Below are positions 45,932-56,911 of a stretch of 64,000 bases of DNA, piece by piece. The position numbers were made by a program, and so were the translations under genes. The stretch is from positions 1 to 64,000 of the IMG/VR virus record IMGVR_UViG_3300020577_008610; one strand, 5' to 3'. Each line of letters starts with the position of its first letter. The stretch's first letter is position 1. The notes beneath the pieces were generated by a model. That model was not told the origin of the DNA, ran no database searches, and saw only the letters and a program-made list of their open reading frames with translations. Source of the DNA: a virus. Taxonomy: Duplodnaviria > Caudoviricetes.

Positions 45932-48900
45932 TATTCCACCAACTCAATCGTCACAAAGTAATCCTCGAAAATGGTGTCTTTGTGTGTTCTTGGAGCAAGT
46001 TTGTAAACTCCAGCAGCTAGGGCATTCCTATCCAACATTTCTTGAAAGAAGGTCTTTTCCAAGAAATCCCGCCCGCTTTCAGCGGCAGTTGTTTGTTGAT
46101 AGTCAATCTCGAAGTCATCTACGTTCACTGGGATGGTGAATATCCTCTCAAAAATCTTTGGAGAAAGCATGGCCGCCAAAGCATTCTCCAATTTGAAGGC
46201 GATGTTCCCAAAGGTCAAAAGCCGCAAAAGGTCTTTAGTTGTTTGATCTACCTGCTGGCTTACCAGCATCTCCTTAATCGGAATGTCAGGCAGAGGGGAC
46301 AAAGAAGGATTATTTTGAATATCGGCTGTTCGCTTGGCAAGGAGATATTTCCGAACCAACTCAGAGAACTGTGGAGAGAGGTCCGTGCCGTCCCCAACCG
46401 ATAATCTCTGGTAGGTCTGGCTTTGCTGATTGACAAAGGTGGACTCGGCGAGTTCCATTGTGGTTAGGAACTGCACATACGAAGCAAACAGGTCACTCAG
46501 AACGTGATTTTCCACCATAGCTCTCTTGAGAAGAGGGTCTGGAATGAAGGCGTAACGTTCGCTATTTGCCACATCCTGCAATGTAATCGTTGTTGGATGC
46601 GAGAAGTTCTGGTAGTCCAAAAGGGTAATCCTCTGGAGTACTCGGTCAAAGTTCTCGTTGGCACTGATCCTCAGGTTCTTGTAACCGTTAGGGAACAAAG
46701 AAAGATCAAAGATGTATTTCCGTGGTTTGAAGACAAGTTGAGGGAACTCCAAGCTCCGCTTATAAACATTGACCGTAACCACATCAAATTCCTTCTTGCG
46801 CAAGAAGGTGGTTGAGACGATGTTGTTGCCATTGATCCTCTCAACCAAGTTTTTACTGAACCCTGCTGGAATGCCAACAGTCAGGAGACGATACCGGAAA
46901 GCAGCATCGTTGGTGTCTCGGAAAGAGTCGCGGCCCAAGAGGCTCAAGAGAGCTGCTCGGGTATCTGTGTCGGTTGGAGACCCTGGGATAAATTGCAACC
47001 CCTGGGTGTTTGAAGCCAGTTGTCGAACATACTCATATCGCTGTCTGAGCAAGATCCTCACTTGAGCGGGATCCAGGTTTTGTCCAATATCCTGAATACT
47101 TGTGGCATTCAAAGAGGCTAAACTGTTCAAGGTTTGCTGGGTGAAATAGTTGCTAGCCAAGTCAAGGGCGCTTCGCAACCTTCTTTTGATCACCTGCAAG
47201 ATGTGCATCACACATGCCAAAGAAAAGTCTTCCTGGAACAGTTTGTGCGAGATGGAGTTGAGACTAGCATCAATGGCATGGGCATCCAGCAGGTCTTGCG
47301 GATTGACTGTTGGTGTTACATTCCTCAAAGCCAAAGCGGTCGCATCGGTGAACCTGGAACCAGCAGTAGCAAACTGCCCAGCCAAGATTGACTGGTTGTT
47401 ACTCACTCCGGTCTGAACGGCTCCTGGCGAAACTCCAAGCAGAGTCGCCGTCCTGGCTGTTTGATCCACAACGTGCTGCGTTGCTGCGGAGTGATGACTT
47501 TGGGCCAACCTCTGGGTTTGGGAGGTGGTGGAGGATGTCCTTGGGGCACTGTTAGTGCCAGGATCCACCTCAATGATTGGCAATGGGGGCTGGGTTTCAG
47601 CAATTATGCTCTGAAGGGAATTGTAGGTTCTGGCATTGAAGTTCGTGTCTATGACAACGTTGGGAATATTGTAATTGTCGGTGGAGTTCTGAAAATCACC
47701 ACCAACATAACGACAAATGAGTTGCAGAAATGCTTCGAATGCCAGCAATGCCAATGTAGACCCAGAAAGACTGTGATACCGAGTCCTTCTGGAGGAGTCC
47801 ATGATGTTGTTAACCTCATTCCCCAAAATGGCATCCAGCTTGATAAAGAATGCAGCAAACCCTTCAATAAGTCGAGAACGTTGCAATTCTCCTGCAAATC
47901 CGTAAGAAGTGTCTATGTCACATCCAACAACGGCTAATCCAGTTGCAGGGTCAGGCTGCCTAGTTGTTGTTTGAGCATTGGCTCCATCTCCTGTAATGGT
48001 TCTTTGATTGACGAGCTCAATAATCTTGGCTTGAATGGTTTGAGCCAATCCTGTAATGTACGGGAATAAGCTGCGTTGATCATATAGGTTAGGTCGAACA
48101 GCATTGCGATTGAGAGATACACCGCTTAGATTTCGAATGTCACGATTCAAATCCTCAATGATGCTAAGAACAAAAAAAGTCGTTCTGGAAGCTGCAGTAT
48201 CAGTATCTGCTGCTACTATTCGTAACAACAGGTACTGAAACAACAAAGCTTTAAGTTCTGGATTGTTGGCGGCCAATTTGAATGTTGCAACAGCAACAGC
48301 TTCGGAAGTGCTCAAACCGAGAGCTTGATTTTGAAGCGAAGTAAACATATCCGAAGCACTCAAGAAACGAATGGAATGCTCCAATGGCTCTAGGATGAGT
48401 TTGAACAAACTCATCGGACTGATAGGAGACACTTCGGTGCCGTAGTCAAAGATGGAACTAATCACATCCGTGGCATTATCCACAGTTTCCATGTATTTCG
48501 AAACGTAGCTCCTCAAAGGCTCTATGTTGAAACCACTCAGGGTTTCAACATTCAGAATGGAGTCTACAAAGAAGACACTCCCTGGGATGTAGGTCTTTCG
48601 ACTGGTGCTATTGGTGTCGATATATTTCGTCTCAAAAGGTAGAACGGCTGAGTTGTCGGTGTTGTTGATGACCGTCAAATTTGCAATAGACCCAGGACCC
48701 GTGACAGGATCGAAAATGGTGTTTCCGACACCTCCGATGATGTTGTCAAATGGAGACCCATCCGTGGTAGCGGCATTGAACTTCTGTTGCAGGCTATTCT
48801 GAACGGTTAAACGACCCAACCCCCTGGACACCCTCAGCTCCTTCGATAGCATGTTGACCAGGAGTTTAATCCGGTCATCCGGAGATTGCGGCAATGAAGA

Positions 48901-49965
48901 GTTGAAACGATTGAAGAACTCCTGTTCAGCAGCATTCTGCGGTTGGTTAAAGGACCGAATTGTGTCATAGGTGAAACTAAACCCAGCACGAGTGTTGTAG
49001 GTCTTGTCAATTGAGATAGGACTTGTGAGAGCTACTCCCCCTGCCTGACGGTCTGGATCACTCAGACTTAGGAGATTCATGGAATATCCCTCTGCAATAC
49101 TCCTGGCGTCAAAAAGGAGCTGCATCAGAATCTTGGTTCCAGAGAATTGATTGAACACATCAGCTGGAAACATCATAAACGTCTGATAGAAATCACGAAG
49201 TGTTCGATAATTCCGCAAGTCGAAGTTGTTCGAGGGAATGTCTTTTACGTCGAAACCATTCTTCATAGTTTCAATCGTCTGCATAGTGTTGTTGTAAAAG
49301 TCAGCAGCAGCATTTACCCTCTGGAAGCCTCCAACAAAAGCCATCTGGAGGTTACTTAGTTCATTCCTTTGGTCTGTCTGTTGAATACCAGACATCAGCT
49401 GGAAGAAGGTCTGTTCCCGAAGGTGTCGAGCTTGATACTGAACATCCATAAGAAGTCCCACGTCATTCAAGTCCAGAGTGGTTCCGAAATACACAGGTTC
49501 GAAATCCATTAAGGAAATGATTTCCGGGCGAAGGACACTGATTCCATGAAGGTTGGCCTGCTGGAAGGTTCCATTGGAAAAATTCATCCTGGAAAGAGAT
49601 AACGTTTCTTCATTTGGCTTTCTCTGGTTCAGCAAAATGGAAGGAATGATTCGAATGGGGGTATTGCCGGTGATTGGCCGAACTTGAACTGTGTTGAGAG
49701 CCTTTGGAATGATGCCTTGGACAGCCCTAGAGATATTGCCGGCAATGACATCATTTACAGCAATAGGAAGCTGAGGAGTTGTACCTGCCCTGAGAGCGGC
49801 TGCCACAGCAGGAGGAGCTACGGCTGGGACAATGGGAGAAACAACCCGGGGAACAGGGAATGTAGAAGGGGCCACAAAAGGAACCGGCTGGGTGGCAAGT
49901 CCTCCAAGCTGGAGAGTTCCTCCGCGAACGCCAATGCCAGTCGTACTGGTTGTTTTCGTTGCCAT
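45931..49965 (-). CDS. Large hypothetical virion protein (1344 aa)
   Basis: Long ORF in the structural operon with a P/V/A-rich N-terminus. Confidence 0.6.
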   Translation of the reverse strand: MATKTTSTTGIGVRGGTLQLGGLATQPVPFVAPSTFPVPRVVSPIVPAVAPPAVAAALRAGTTPQLPIAVNDVIAGNISRAVQGIIPKALNTVQVRPITGNTPIRIIPSILLNQRKPNEETLSLSRMNFSNGTFQQANLHGISVLRPEIISLMDFEPVYFGTTLDLNDVGLLMDVQYQARHLREQTFFQLMSGIQQTDQRNELSNLQMAFVGGFQRVNAAADFYNNTMQTIETMKNGFDVKDIPSNNFDLRNYRTLRDFYQTFMMFPADVFNQFSGTKILMQLLFDARSIAEGYSMNLLSLSDPDRQAGGVALTSPISIDKTYNTRAGFSFTYDTIRSFNQPQNAAEQEFFNRFNSSLPQSPDDRIKLLVNMLSKELRVSRGLGRLTVQNSLQQKFNAATTDGSPFDNIIGGVGNTIFDPVTGPGSIANLTVINNTDNSAVLPFETKYIDTNSTSRKTYIPGSVFFVDSILNVETLSGFNIEPLRSYVSKYMETVDNATDVISSIFDYGTEVSPISPMSLFKLILEPLEHSIRFLSASDMFTSLQNQALGLSTSEAVAVATFKLAANNPELKALLFQYLLLRIVAADTDTAASRTTFFVLSIIEDLNRDIRNLSGVSLNRNAVRPNLYDQRSLFPYITGLAQTIQAKIIELVNQRTITGDGANAQTTTRQPDPATGLAVVGCDIDTSYGFAGELQRSRLIEGFAAFFIKLDAILGNEVNNIMDSSRRTRYHSLSGSTLALLAFEAFLQLICRYVGGDFQNSTDNYNIPNVVIDTNFNARTYNSLQSIIAETQPPLPIIEVDPGTNSAPRTSSTTSQTQRLAQSHHSAATQHVVDQTARTATLLGVSPGAVQTGVSNNQSILAGQFATAGSRFTDATALALRNVTPTVNPQDLLDAHAIDASLNSISHKLFQEDFSLACVMHILQVIKRRLRSALDLASNYFTQQTLNSLASLNATSIQDIGQNLDPAQVRILLRQRYEYVRQLASNTQGLQFIPGSPTDTDTRAALLSLLGRDSFRDTNDAAFRYRLLTVGIPAGFSKNLVERINGNNIVSTTFLRKKEFDVVTVNVYKRSLEFPQLVFKPRKYIFDLSLFPNGYKNLRISANENFDRVLQRITLLDYQNFSHPTTITLQDVANSERYAFIPDPLLKRAMVENHVLSDLFASYVQFLTTMELAESTFVNQQSQTYQRLSVGDGTDLSPQFSELVRKYLLAKRTADIQNNPSLSPLPDIPIKEMLVSQQVDQTTKDLLRLLTFGNIAFKLENALAAMLSPKIFERIFTIPVNVDDFEIDYQQTTAAESGRDFLEKTFFQEMLDRNALAAGVYKLAPRTHKDTIFEDYFVTIELVE

Positions 49966-49968
49966 ATG

Positions 49969-52551
49969 TTATCTCAACTTCTTCGTGATTGTCTGTGAAC
50001 TCTTGGTGGCAGGGCCATGCGACAAGTCATGCAACACGGGTATTACATGGTAGGTAACTGCTGTTTCTAAAGCTTGGTTTACCAATCCCGACAAAGGCAG
50101 ATTCCGTGCTGGATTAGCCCGAGTCACTTCGGGCAGTGATGGAGTGTCGATAAACTGAAGACTCCGTGTATCCGTAAGAGCGTGCACTTTTCCAGCCAAA
50201 GTCCTCATTCCCATCTCCTCTTTCATAACCAAAAAGTGGTCAATCTGCTTTGGATTACCCTTCAACTCCCACTGCAACAATACTTTGCCTTTACCAAGAG
50301 GAGAAACAGTGGCTTTCTGTACTGCAGGAACGGGTAATGTCAAAGAAATTCTGATATGCAAGATGTCCCCCACTGTTCCGAAAGTGAAGTCCGTGCTAGC
50401 ATGATTTCTCTTCAGAGAGGTGGTGCTCACTAGGTTGCCGTCACGTAATGTTACTGGGTGCTGCCACTTGGATGGAGCATAGGAGTACGTCCGATCCGGA
50501 TTGCTTGAGTTGGTTACCGTAGCGGTAAAGGTAGAAATGAGGCTTTGAGCACTCCGGAAGTGAGTGTTGATGGTATACTCATAGGCGTGCCCAACCTGAA
50601 CTTTTTTCACTCCTAAGTTGTGCCCAACCGCATTATCGGAAAAGTCTTTTCCGATGAAGACACCCATATCCTCAATTTCGCCAGTGGTCAAGTTGGTTCG
50701 CTTAATCTGATAGGCAATTAAGTTCTGGAGCTGATCTCGATTCTGAATGATGTCGCTCTGGTAAAATCCTAGGATCCCTTGTTGTTCCATGGCCTTTTTG
50801 ACTTGATCCATCTTTCCTTCTGTGACCGCAGATGAAAGACTGAAAACCACATCAAGCTCATTTCCTACATTTGCAGCTTTGATGGGCGTTGAAGTTGTCG
50901 TGATGACATTGTTAACAATGGGGTTGAACTGGATGTGCGAACTGGAAGAAGACCAGAATTCCGTACCATCCCGGAAGGTCAGTTTGACCCTGTAGTCATA
51001 GATCCTTTGGTCCACGGGAGCAGTGTCGGTAACATAGAACCGTGAATTCGGAGTTGGAAGTTTTTGGATGTACACAGCATTTCCAACCTGAGTGGCTTCG
51101 GACAACTTCTCATGCCGGGTCAAGTCCAACCGAAAAACCTTCATGGTCAGAACACCTGGGGGAGGGTCGTTCAGCTCAATCTGGATCGTTTTGCCCAACA
51201 CCTTCGTGCTGATGGAAATGAACAGCTTCTTCTGCTGTGCATGAGACCGAACCATGTGAGCTCGTTGCGGAGGGTTTACCACCACAGAGGCAAAATCATG
51301 GGATTTCAGTTCGGATCGGTTATAAGTCACCACCCGATAAATGACAGGCTGCATCCCAGGATTAAGATCATTGTACCACTTGGAACCATCCTGCGTTCGA
51401 AGAGGCATCTTAGCAATTTGCACAAAATCAGCCTCCGTTGTAGCTGAGTGTGTATTCAAAATCTTTCGGTAGATGAACACCCCTGCTCCATTCGGGTCAA
51501 CTTGCTTCAGCTCCAGTCGATTATATCCAGTGCAGCAAGTGGCAGACACAAAAGGCAACTGGACTGGCAGGGTGAATACAGAGAGGTTCCGAGCGTGATG
51601 CACTACAGTCGAGATACTCTCTGTTTCCACGCCATTGACGTCCTGAAGCTCGAAAATCAAGTAAAACTGGTCACCCACTGCACTCACATCCAAGTAAAGG
51701 TCTTCCTCAATGGTCACGATGTTGGTATTCTCCTCAACCTGGACGTGGGCGTAGTCATTGTTAGAGAGCCCAAGCTGGTTTGAGGGCTTCCCTTGAGAAT
51801 CCCCAAGAATGGTATTCAGAATGCCAAAAGCTGGCTTTACAGCCCCAACAGGGCTTCCGATCACAACTTCCCGAGCAGACCCCCTTGGGCGCTGAAGAAC
51901 GCCCGCATAAGCCTTCTCTGCGTCAACAACCTGGGTTGTTTTGTTGCCCATCTGGGCAGGGTCAATCCCGTGCTTTAGGATGAGATCGAATCCGTATTCT
52001 TGCGGGGGCTGAAGAGAAACGATTTCATTGATTGTTGGTTGGAACAGCGGTGTTTGAAAAATTGGTTGAGACACATTCCGGACTGTGAGATCAAAAGCCT
52101 TGACAAGTTTGAAGCCACGCTTCCGGAACAGGTATTTTTCGGCTGTAAGTTTGGCATCGTCATAGTTTTTGAAGGTCTTCTGAACCTTGGTTGGCTTTAG
52201 CTCTTTAGTTTTGTCGTTCGGGATCTTCGAGGTGATGTCGCTGGTTACAGTGGCGATTAAGTTTTTGAGAAAAGCACGGTTCATCTCCGTGCTTTCTGCC
52301 TGTCGAGTAAGCAGGTTCTTAATGACTTCCTGGGAATTCAACTGAGTGAAACCTGGCACATCCTTCACGTCCGGAGGTTGCAAAGAGGCATGGATTTTCA
52401 CAAGAAATGCATTCTCTTTAACGGCCCTGGGTATGTCCACATTGTACTTTATGGCATACCGAAAGCGACCTTCCTTGGTGATGTCTTCCAGAACAGCGAA
52501 ATCATTGGGAAGGGTGATGATACCATCCTGACGGTTAATGTTGATTCTCAT
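49969..52551 (-). CDS. Large virion protein with FN3/Ig-like domains
   Basis: Repeated YRVV, YDYRV and YEYTI strand patterns. Confidence 0.55.
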   Translation of the reverse strand: MRININRQDGIITLPNDFAVLEDITKEGRFRYAIKYNVDIPRAVKENAFLVKIHASLQPPDVKDVPGFTQLNSQEVIKNLLTRQAESTEMNRAFLKNLIATVTSDITSKIPNDKTKELKPTKVQKTFKNYDDAKLTAEKYLFRKRGFKLVKAFDLTVRNVSQPIFQTPLFQPTINEIVSLQPPQEYGFDLILKHGIDPAQMGNKTTQVVDAEKAYAGVLQRPRGSAREVVIGSPVGAVKPAFGILNTILGDSQGKPSNQLGLSNNDYAHVQVEENTNIVTIEEDLYLDVSAVGDQFYLIFELQDVNGVETESISTVVHHARNLSVFTLPVQLPFVSATCCTGYNRLELKQVDPNGAGVFIYRKILNTHSATTEADFVQIAKMPLRTQDGSKWYNDLNPGMQPVIYRVVTYNRSELKSHDFASVVVNPPQRAHMVRSHAQQKKLFISISTKVLGKTIQIELNDPPPGVLTMKVFRLDLTRHEKLSEATQVGNAVYIQKLPTPNSRFYVTDTAPVDQRIYDYRVKLTFRDGTEFWSSSSSHIQFNPIVNNVITTTSTPIKAANVGNELDVVFSLSSAVTEGKMDQVKKAMEQQGILGFYQSDIIQNRDQLQNLIAYQIKRTNLTTGEIEDMGVFIGKDFSDNAVGHNLGVKKVQVGHAYEYTINTHFRSAQSLISTFTATVTNSSNPDRTYSYAPSKWQHPVTLRDGNLVSTTSLKRNHASTDFTFGTVGDILHIRISLTLPVPAVQKATVSPLGKGKVLLQWELKGNPKQIDHFLVMKEEMGMRTLAGKVHALTDTRSLQFIDTPSLPEVTRANPARNLPLSGLVNQALETAVTYHVIPVLHDLSHGPATKSSQTITKKLR

Positions 52552-52557
52552 TGATGC

Positions 52558-53574
52558 TTACCCCTCAAAAACCAAGGTAAATAAGTTGATGAACTTGTGG
52601 ACCCCTTTGCTATCCGTGTAGACCTTCCCGACAAAGAACACATGCTTGCTCAGGTCAGGACGATTTCTTGGATCTTTGTCTTGCCTTTTGCGTTCCGAGA
52701 GGGCAATGCCGTCTCCAGCAAGGTTGAATAAACCGAAATCAATCACATCCAGTTTCACGATTTCATTGCCTCCAACCTCGAACATCTGGCAAATAACGTT
52801 GTTCGTTTTGGAGGTTTCATGGAATGGGATGTTGGCGGCATACCCCTTTGCTGTAGCCTCAGCCACCTCTCTTTCCACATCAGCAAATGTTAACTGCGGC
52901 CTCTGGTTGAGGTTTGGAAAATTGCCAAGCAGGTTCACCGTGGTATCGCCATGACGGTATTTGTTGATTGGAGGCAAATATTGAAAGTTTGGAAGATGAC
53001 TTAGCCTTGAATCCACGAACAAAGGGTCTGTTGTTTCCACATTCCCAACTGGCTGTTCTCTCACAGAAATGGGAGCAAGGCTTGAGATGGCAAACTGGAT
53101 GTTCGAAGCACCTAGGGCAAACACAATCTGGTTTTCATCAAATATTTCCGGACTGCTAATGATGTACTGATTCTTGTAGGCATCCAGAGAGCTGCTAAGC
53201 AAACCATCTGCCTCTGAGGCAAAAATGCTGTCTTGGGCTGGGAGATAAACTTTGCTTGAGCCTGTAGAGCTTGAAGACACAGCCAGGAGAATCTGACCAT
53301 TCCGGACCACAGAACCATTCGATGGGAAGGTGACCAGTTTCCCAGCGTCATCAGCTTCAAAGGTGATCATGTCCTGGGGCAACGAGTTGGCCTCCAGGAA
53401 GGGCCTCTTGGTGCCATCCATGGAAGCACTCAAAGAGGTGTCCTGGGAGTAAAAAGCTCCCATGTCGGTGAAGCTGTAGAACTCTGCCTTCAGCTTACCG
53501 GCTGCAATTTGGCCTCTGCCTTGGAGGGTGATGATTGTGTCCAGAATTCTTGTTTTTGCATCCAGAAATCCCAC
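52558..53574 (-). CDS. Virion structural protein
   Basis: MGFLDAKTRILDTIIT..GR N-terminus, paralogous to 43337..44056. Confidence 0.6.
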   Translation of the reverse strand: MGFLDAKTRILDTIITLQGRGQIAAGKLKAEFYSFTDMGAFYSQDTSLSASMDGTKRPFLEANSLPQDMITFEADDAGKLVTFPSNGSVVRNGQILLAVSSSSTGSSKVYLPAQDSIFASEADGLLSSSLDAYKNQYIISSPEIFDENQIVFALGASNIQFAISSLAPISVREQPVGNVETTDPLFVDSRLSHLPNFQYLPPINKYRHGDTTVNLLGNFPNLNQRPQLTFADVEREVAEATAKGYAANIPFHETSKTNNVICQMFEVGGNEIVKLDVIDFGLFNLAGDGIALSERKRQDKDPRNRPDLSKHVFFVGKVYTDSKGVHKFINLFTLVFEG

Positions 53575-53577
53575 GGC

Positions 53578-53778
53578 TTACCTGTACTTCCATAGATAGC
53601 CGCCTGCGGTCTTTTTAGTTCCTCGGGCGCAAGCGCTGATGTTTGCGACATGTACTTCAGTAGTTTTGCTGGCCTCTTTCACGCTTGCATAGGTTGTTAC
53701 TACCTCTCCACTCAAGGTCAATTGGTCTACTTCCTTCCAACTCCATGAGCACGTAAAACCCTTATGAGCCTCACTCAT
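53578..53778 (-). pseudogene. NUMOD1/IENR1 HTH remnant of a homing endonuclease
   Basis: KEVDQLTLSGEVV..YASVKEA...NISAC..G..KTAGGY.WKY closely matches the C-terminus of 63382..64000. No nuclease domain. Confidence 0.75.
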
Positions 53779-53836
53779 TTTTTGGCGGAATGTTCATTGT
53801 AGATGGGTTCCATGAGATTACAGGTCTCGTTTTGAG

Positions 53837-55135
53837 CTACATGTCATGAAATGGTTGACCGGACTTATATTCGAAATCATAAATGCCAGAGTCGTTCAGA
53901 TTGAGGGTAGAGGGGTTGCTGGCAGTTGCAGCAGCATCCGAACCAGAAACAAACCGAATGGCGATCACAGCTTCGGTTGGACCTTTCTTTCCGTTGTTTT
54001 TGCCATCAACGGTGAACCCATCTGGATCGAAGAATTTGCTGTATTTCCTCTGCTCCAACATATCTCGGAATTGACCATAACGGCTGCTCCGGAAAATCGC
54101 AGAGGTATACTGCGGGAATCCATTAATGGCTCCATACCTCCAACCTCGGATATCAACGGAAGAGGCATAGAAGCCATTGATCACAGCAATTGTTGTATAG
54201 AGCTGGCTAGAAGTTACGGCATTGATAAGCGGAACTCCTTGGTAGTTATCCCCAAATCCGAAGAAGAGCTTAGTAAGTTGCCTCTGCCGAGGTCTCTTGG
54301 TTCCTTTGCCAACGCCAAACAAGCCAGTAACTCCCGGAGGGTACAGGAAAACTCCGACCCCCAAGAATTGTTCTCCGGCATTCACACTCCCGGTAACATC
54401 AATCAAGGTATACCTAACAGGTTCCGTCGCTCCTCTTCCGACATTTGGAAGGTCGTCTCCCCATCTCCTGGGTAGGATGACTTCTACCGTTGCCAAGGAG
54501 CTGGAAGGATAGCTGTTGTTGGAGCCGTATTTTACAATTCCGCTAGTAGAAACAGGGTGCGATTCGCTCCCAGGACACATAATGCTTCCACGATAAAAAG
54601 TTGGTTCCAAAACCCTTGCGATGTTTTTATAGGTATTCTGGAATGGAAATGAGCCAAACCAAAACCTGTCCGCTACATTTGTCCCATTGCTCTCGTAGGA
54701 AGCTGTAACACCATACGTTGTGAATACAGCCTTCCCAACTGCTGTACCGCCGATTGTATACCCATCGGCTCCAGGCTCATTCAGCAAAATTGGGCTTGCG
54801 CCAAATTCTCCATTTGCCAAAACAGGCAATCCGCCGTTTGCGTAAAAAAGCTTCACAATATCCGGGAGGATGGTATCGTGGTACCTCTCGGTTACCGAAA
54901 AGAAGTGACGAAAACGCAAAGCAATTCCACGGCTCCTATTCCGATTGGAACCACTATAGTCAGCGAATTCGCTGTAATATTGAGCTAGATTCAGCTCATT
55001 GGACCCACTGGTGTGGGCAGCAATGATTCTTCTGTTATTCGTGTAGATTGAACCCGAGAAGATTGGATCTGTGTAGGAGCCAGTGTAGAAAACATTTGGT
55101 TCCAGCTCAAATTGGTCAAGTGTCTTGTGGCTCAT
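53837..55135 (-). CDS. Virion structural protein
   Basis: 432-aa ORF rich in TGS/SGS, with YGQFRDMLEQR near the C-terminus. Confidence 0.55.
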   Translation of the reverse strand: MSHKTLDQFELEPNVFYTGSYTDPIFSGSIYTNNRRIIAAHTSGSNELNLAQYYSEFADYSGSNRNRSRGIALRFRHFFSVTERYHDTILPDIVKLFYANGGLPVLANGEFGASPILLNEPGADGYTIGGTAVGKAVFTTYGVTASYESNGTNVADRFWFGSFPFQNTYKNIARVLEPTFYRGSIMCPGSESHPVSTSGIVKYGSNNSYPSSSLATVEVILPRRWGDDLPNVGRGATEPVRYTLIDVTGSVNAGEQFLGVGVFLYPPGVTGLFGVGKGTKRPRQRQLTKLFFGFGDNYQGVPLINAVTSSQLYTTIAVINGFYASSVDIRGWRYGAINGFPQYTSAIFRSSRYGQFRDMLEQRKYSKFFDPDGFTVDGKNNGKKGPTEAVIAIRFVSGSDAAATASNPSTLNLNDSGIYDFEYKSGQPFHDM

Positions 55136-56911
55136 TTATCCCTCAATCACCTCATGCACCGTCACTGAAGTGAGGAGCTGATTCAAGGTATCATGGTGCT
55201 CCCTATCTTCCTTGATTTGGGATCCGTAAAGAATGATCTTGGAAGGAGCAGAAGCAAACTGCAAATAAGCACCTTGTCCTGGGAACTCAGTACTCAGAAG
55301 CGTATTTTCGTTAAGGATACGACTCCATGGAGGTTGCCAGCCGAAAACGAGCCGGTCCCCAGGCTGAATCAGATATGGATTTGGCTTGACATACTTGGTA
55401 AGGAGGTTGAAAGTCCAGCCATCCTGAGCAATGCTCTTGGCCACTTGCCCTGAGGAGAAGTCCGAAACATAAGACCTTCCTGTGGTTCCAAAGATGCCAG
55501 AACGGCTGCTTTTCTCCAACTTATTCATCATGAAGGTAGTCCCACCGCCCAAAGTATTGGTAATGATCGAACCCATCCCTTGATTGGCAATTTGGCTCCT
55601 AACAGTTCCGGAAACTTGATATCTTCCAGACCACATCGGAGGACCAAAGTTGCCAAGTCCACTTCCGTACGGCACCATCAAAGTGAGATCTGCTCCCACA
55701 TCTGCGGCAATTTCATCCGCTAAATAAGAGCCTGTGACGATAGAGCAAATACGTAGTGTGGTCACCAGGTCACGAGTGGTATTGTAACTGGCATAGGCTC
55801 CCTCGCCTGGAACAAAGGCTCCTGTGAAGAAGGTTTGGTTTGTAGGCGTTTGGCAAACAATCTCTTGTGCCTCAGGGATATTAACTGCAAAAGGTTTTCT
55901 TTGGTTCAATACAAAGAAACCAGAAACAGCGACTGTATAGGAGTATTGCGCAGAGCTGTAAGTCAAAGGATTCACTCCAAAGGCTCCGCTAAACTCCAGA
56001 ACCACCTTCTCCACAAGAAATGGGGTATCAACAAGGTCGGATACAGCAATACTGTTCGAGCTTGTTGCATGAAATTTTGGGTGATATGGAAATCCGAAGT
56101 TGCTGATAATTTGCCCACGACTCTGATCGTACCGTGGATTCAGCCCACCTTCCCACATGCTCTCTCCAAAAGCAATGCATTGATCTTCCAGAAGAGCCTT
56201 AAGTCGAGCAAGCCTAGCTGCATCCGTACTGCCACTAGCATATGTGTGAAATACGGTTCCTGGACCTATGCCCTCGAATTTCTTCGTTTGGAAATTCCAG
56301 TAGGCCATAGGGTAGTTCATTCCTGTGGTCCCGGAAACGCCCTGCTGGAAAGAAAAAGAGTGAACTATTGAAGGAGTCAGGTCGATCTCAATCTTGGTTT
56401 TGCTCCACAGCGGCTGATCAAATCCTGCACCAACATCGGAGAGCTTGCTTCCAGTTGCATAGAAGGAATTTGGGGTGGCTCCAGAGATAGCAGATTTGGC
56501 ATCCACAGCCGGGTTCCAATCATCTCTGAATGGCTGAAAGTCTTGTCCTGGGGTAAAGGTAACGAGTTTGTCTCCAATTCCTTTCCTGACAATCCCTTGC
56601 ACTACGATATCAGTGTTGTATTCAGGATTCTTGGATGTGGTACCAGTTATATCCGTGCGGTAAAGAGCAAGGTTGCTTGTATGCAACCCGGCTGGCATCG
56701 CAACGCCGTGTTTTTCTGGACTAGTCCCAGAAAGGTAAGACTTGAAATACACAGTTTTGGTATCATCGTATTGGACTGGGAAGTGTCCCGTCCTATTGTC
56801 CGATGCCAGACGTGAGTGAGCGGGAAAGGAGCCGGTAACGGCATCCCTCATCTGGAGTTGAACCTTTGGTGGGAGTCCCTTGATTCTTGTGTTTTTGAGC
56901 GTTCTTGACAT
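55136..56911 (-). CDS. Virion structural protein
   Basis: Likely start MSRTLKNTR at a TAATG overlap with the upstream endonuclease remnant. Confidence 0.55.
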   Translation of the reverse strand: MSRTLKNTRIKGLPPKVQLQMRDAVTGSFPAHSRLASDNRTGHFPVQYDDTKTVYFKSYLSGTSPEKHGVAMPAGLHTSNLALYRTDITGTTSKNPEYNTDIVVQGIVRKGIGDKLVTFTPGQDFQPFRDDWNPAVDAKSAISGATPNSFYATGSKLSDVGAGFDQPLWSKTKIEIDLTPSIVHSFSFQQGVSGTTGMNYPMAYWNFQTKKFEGIGPGTVFHTYASGSTDAARLARLKALLEDQCIAFGESMWEGGLNPRYDQSRGQIISNFGFPYHPKFHATSSNSIAVSDLVDTPFLVEKVVLEFSGAFGVNPLTYSSAQYSYTVAVSGFFVLNQRKPFAVNIPEAQEIVCQTPTNQTFFTGAFVPGEGAYASYNTTRDLVTTLRICSIVTGSYLADEIAADVGADLTLMVPYGSGLGNFGPPMWSGRYQVSGTVRSQIANQGMGSIITNTLGGGTTFMMNKLEKSSRSGIFGTTGRSYVSDFSSGQVAKSIAQDGWTFNLLTKYVKPNPYLIQPGDRLVFGWQPPWSRILNENTLLSTEFPGQGAYLQFASAPSKIILYGSQIKEDREHHDTLNQLLTSVTVHEVIEG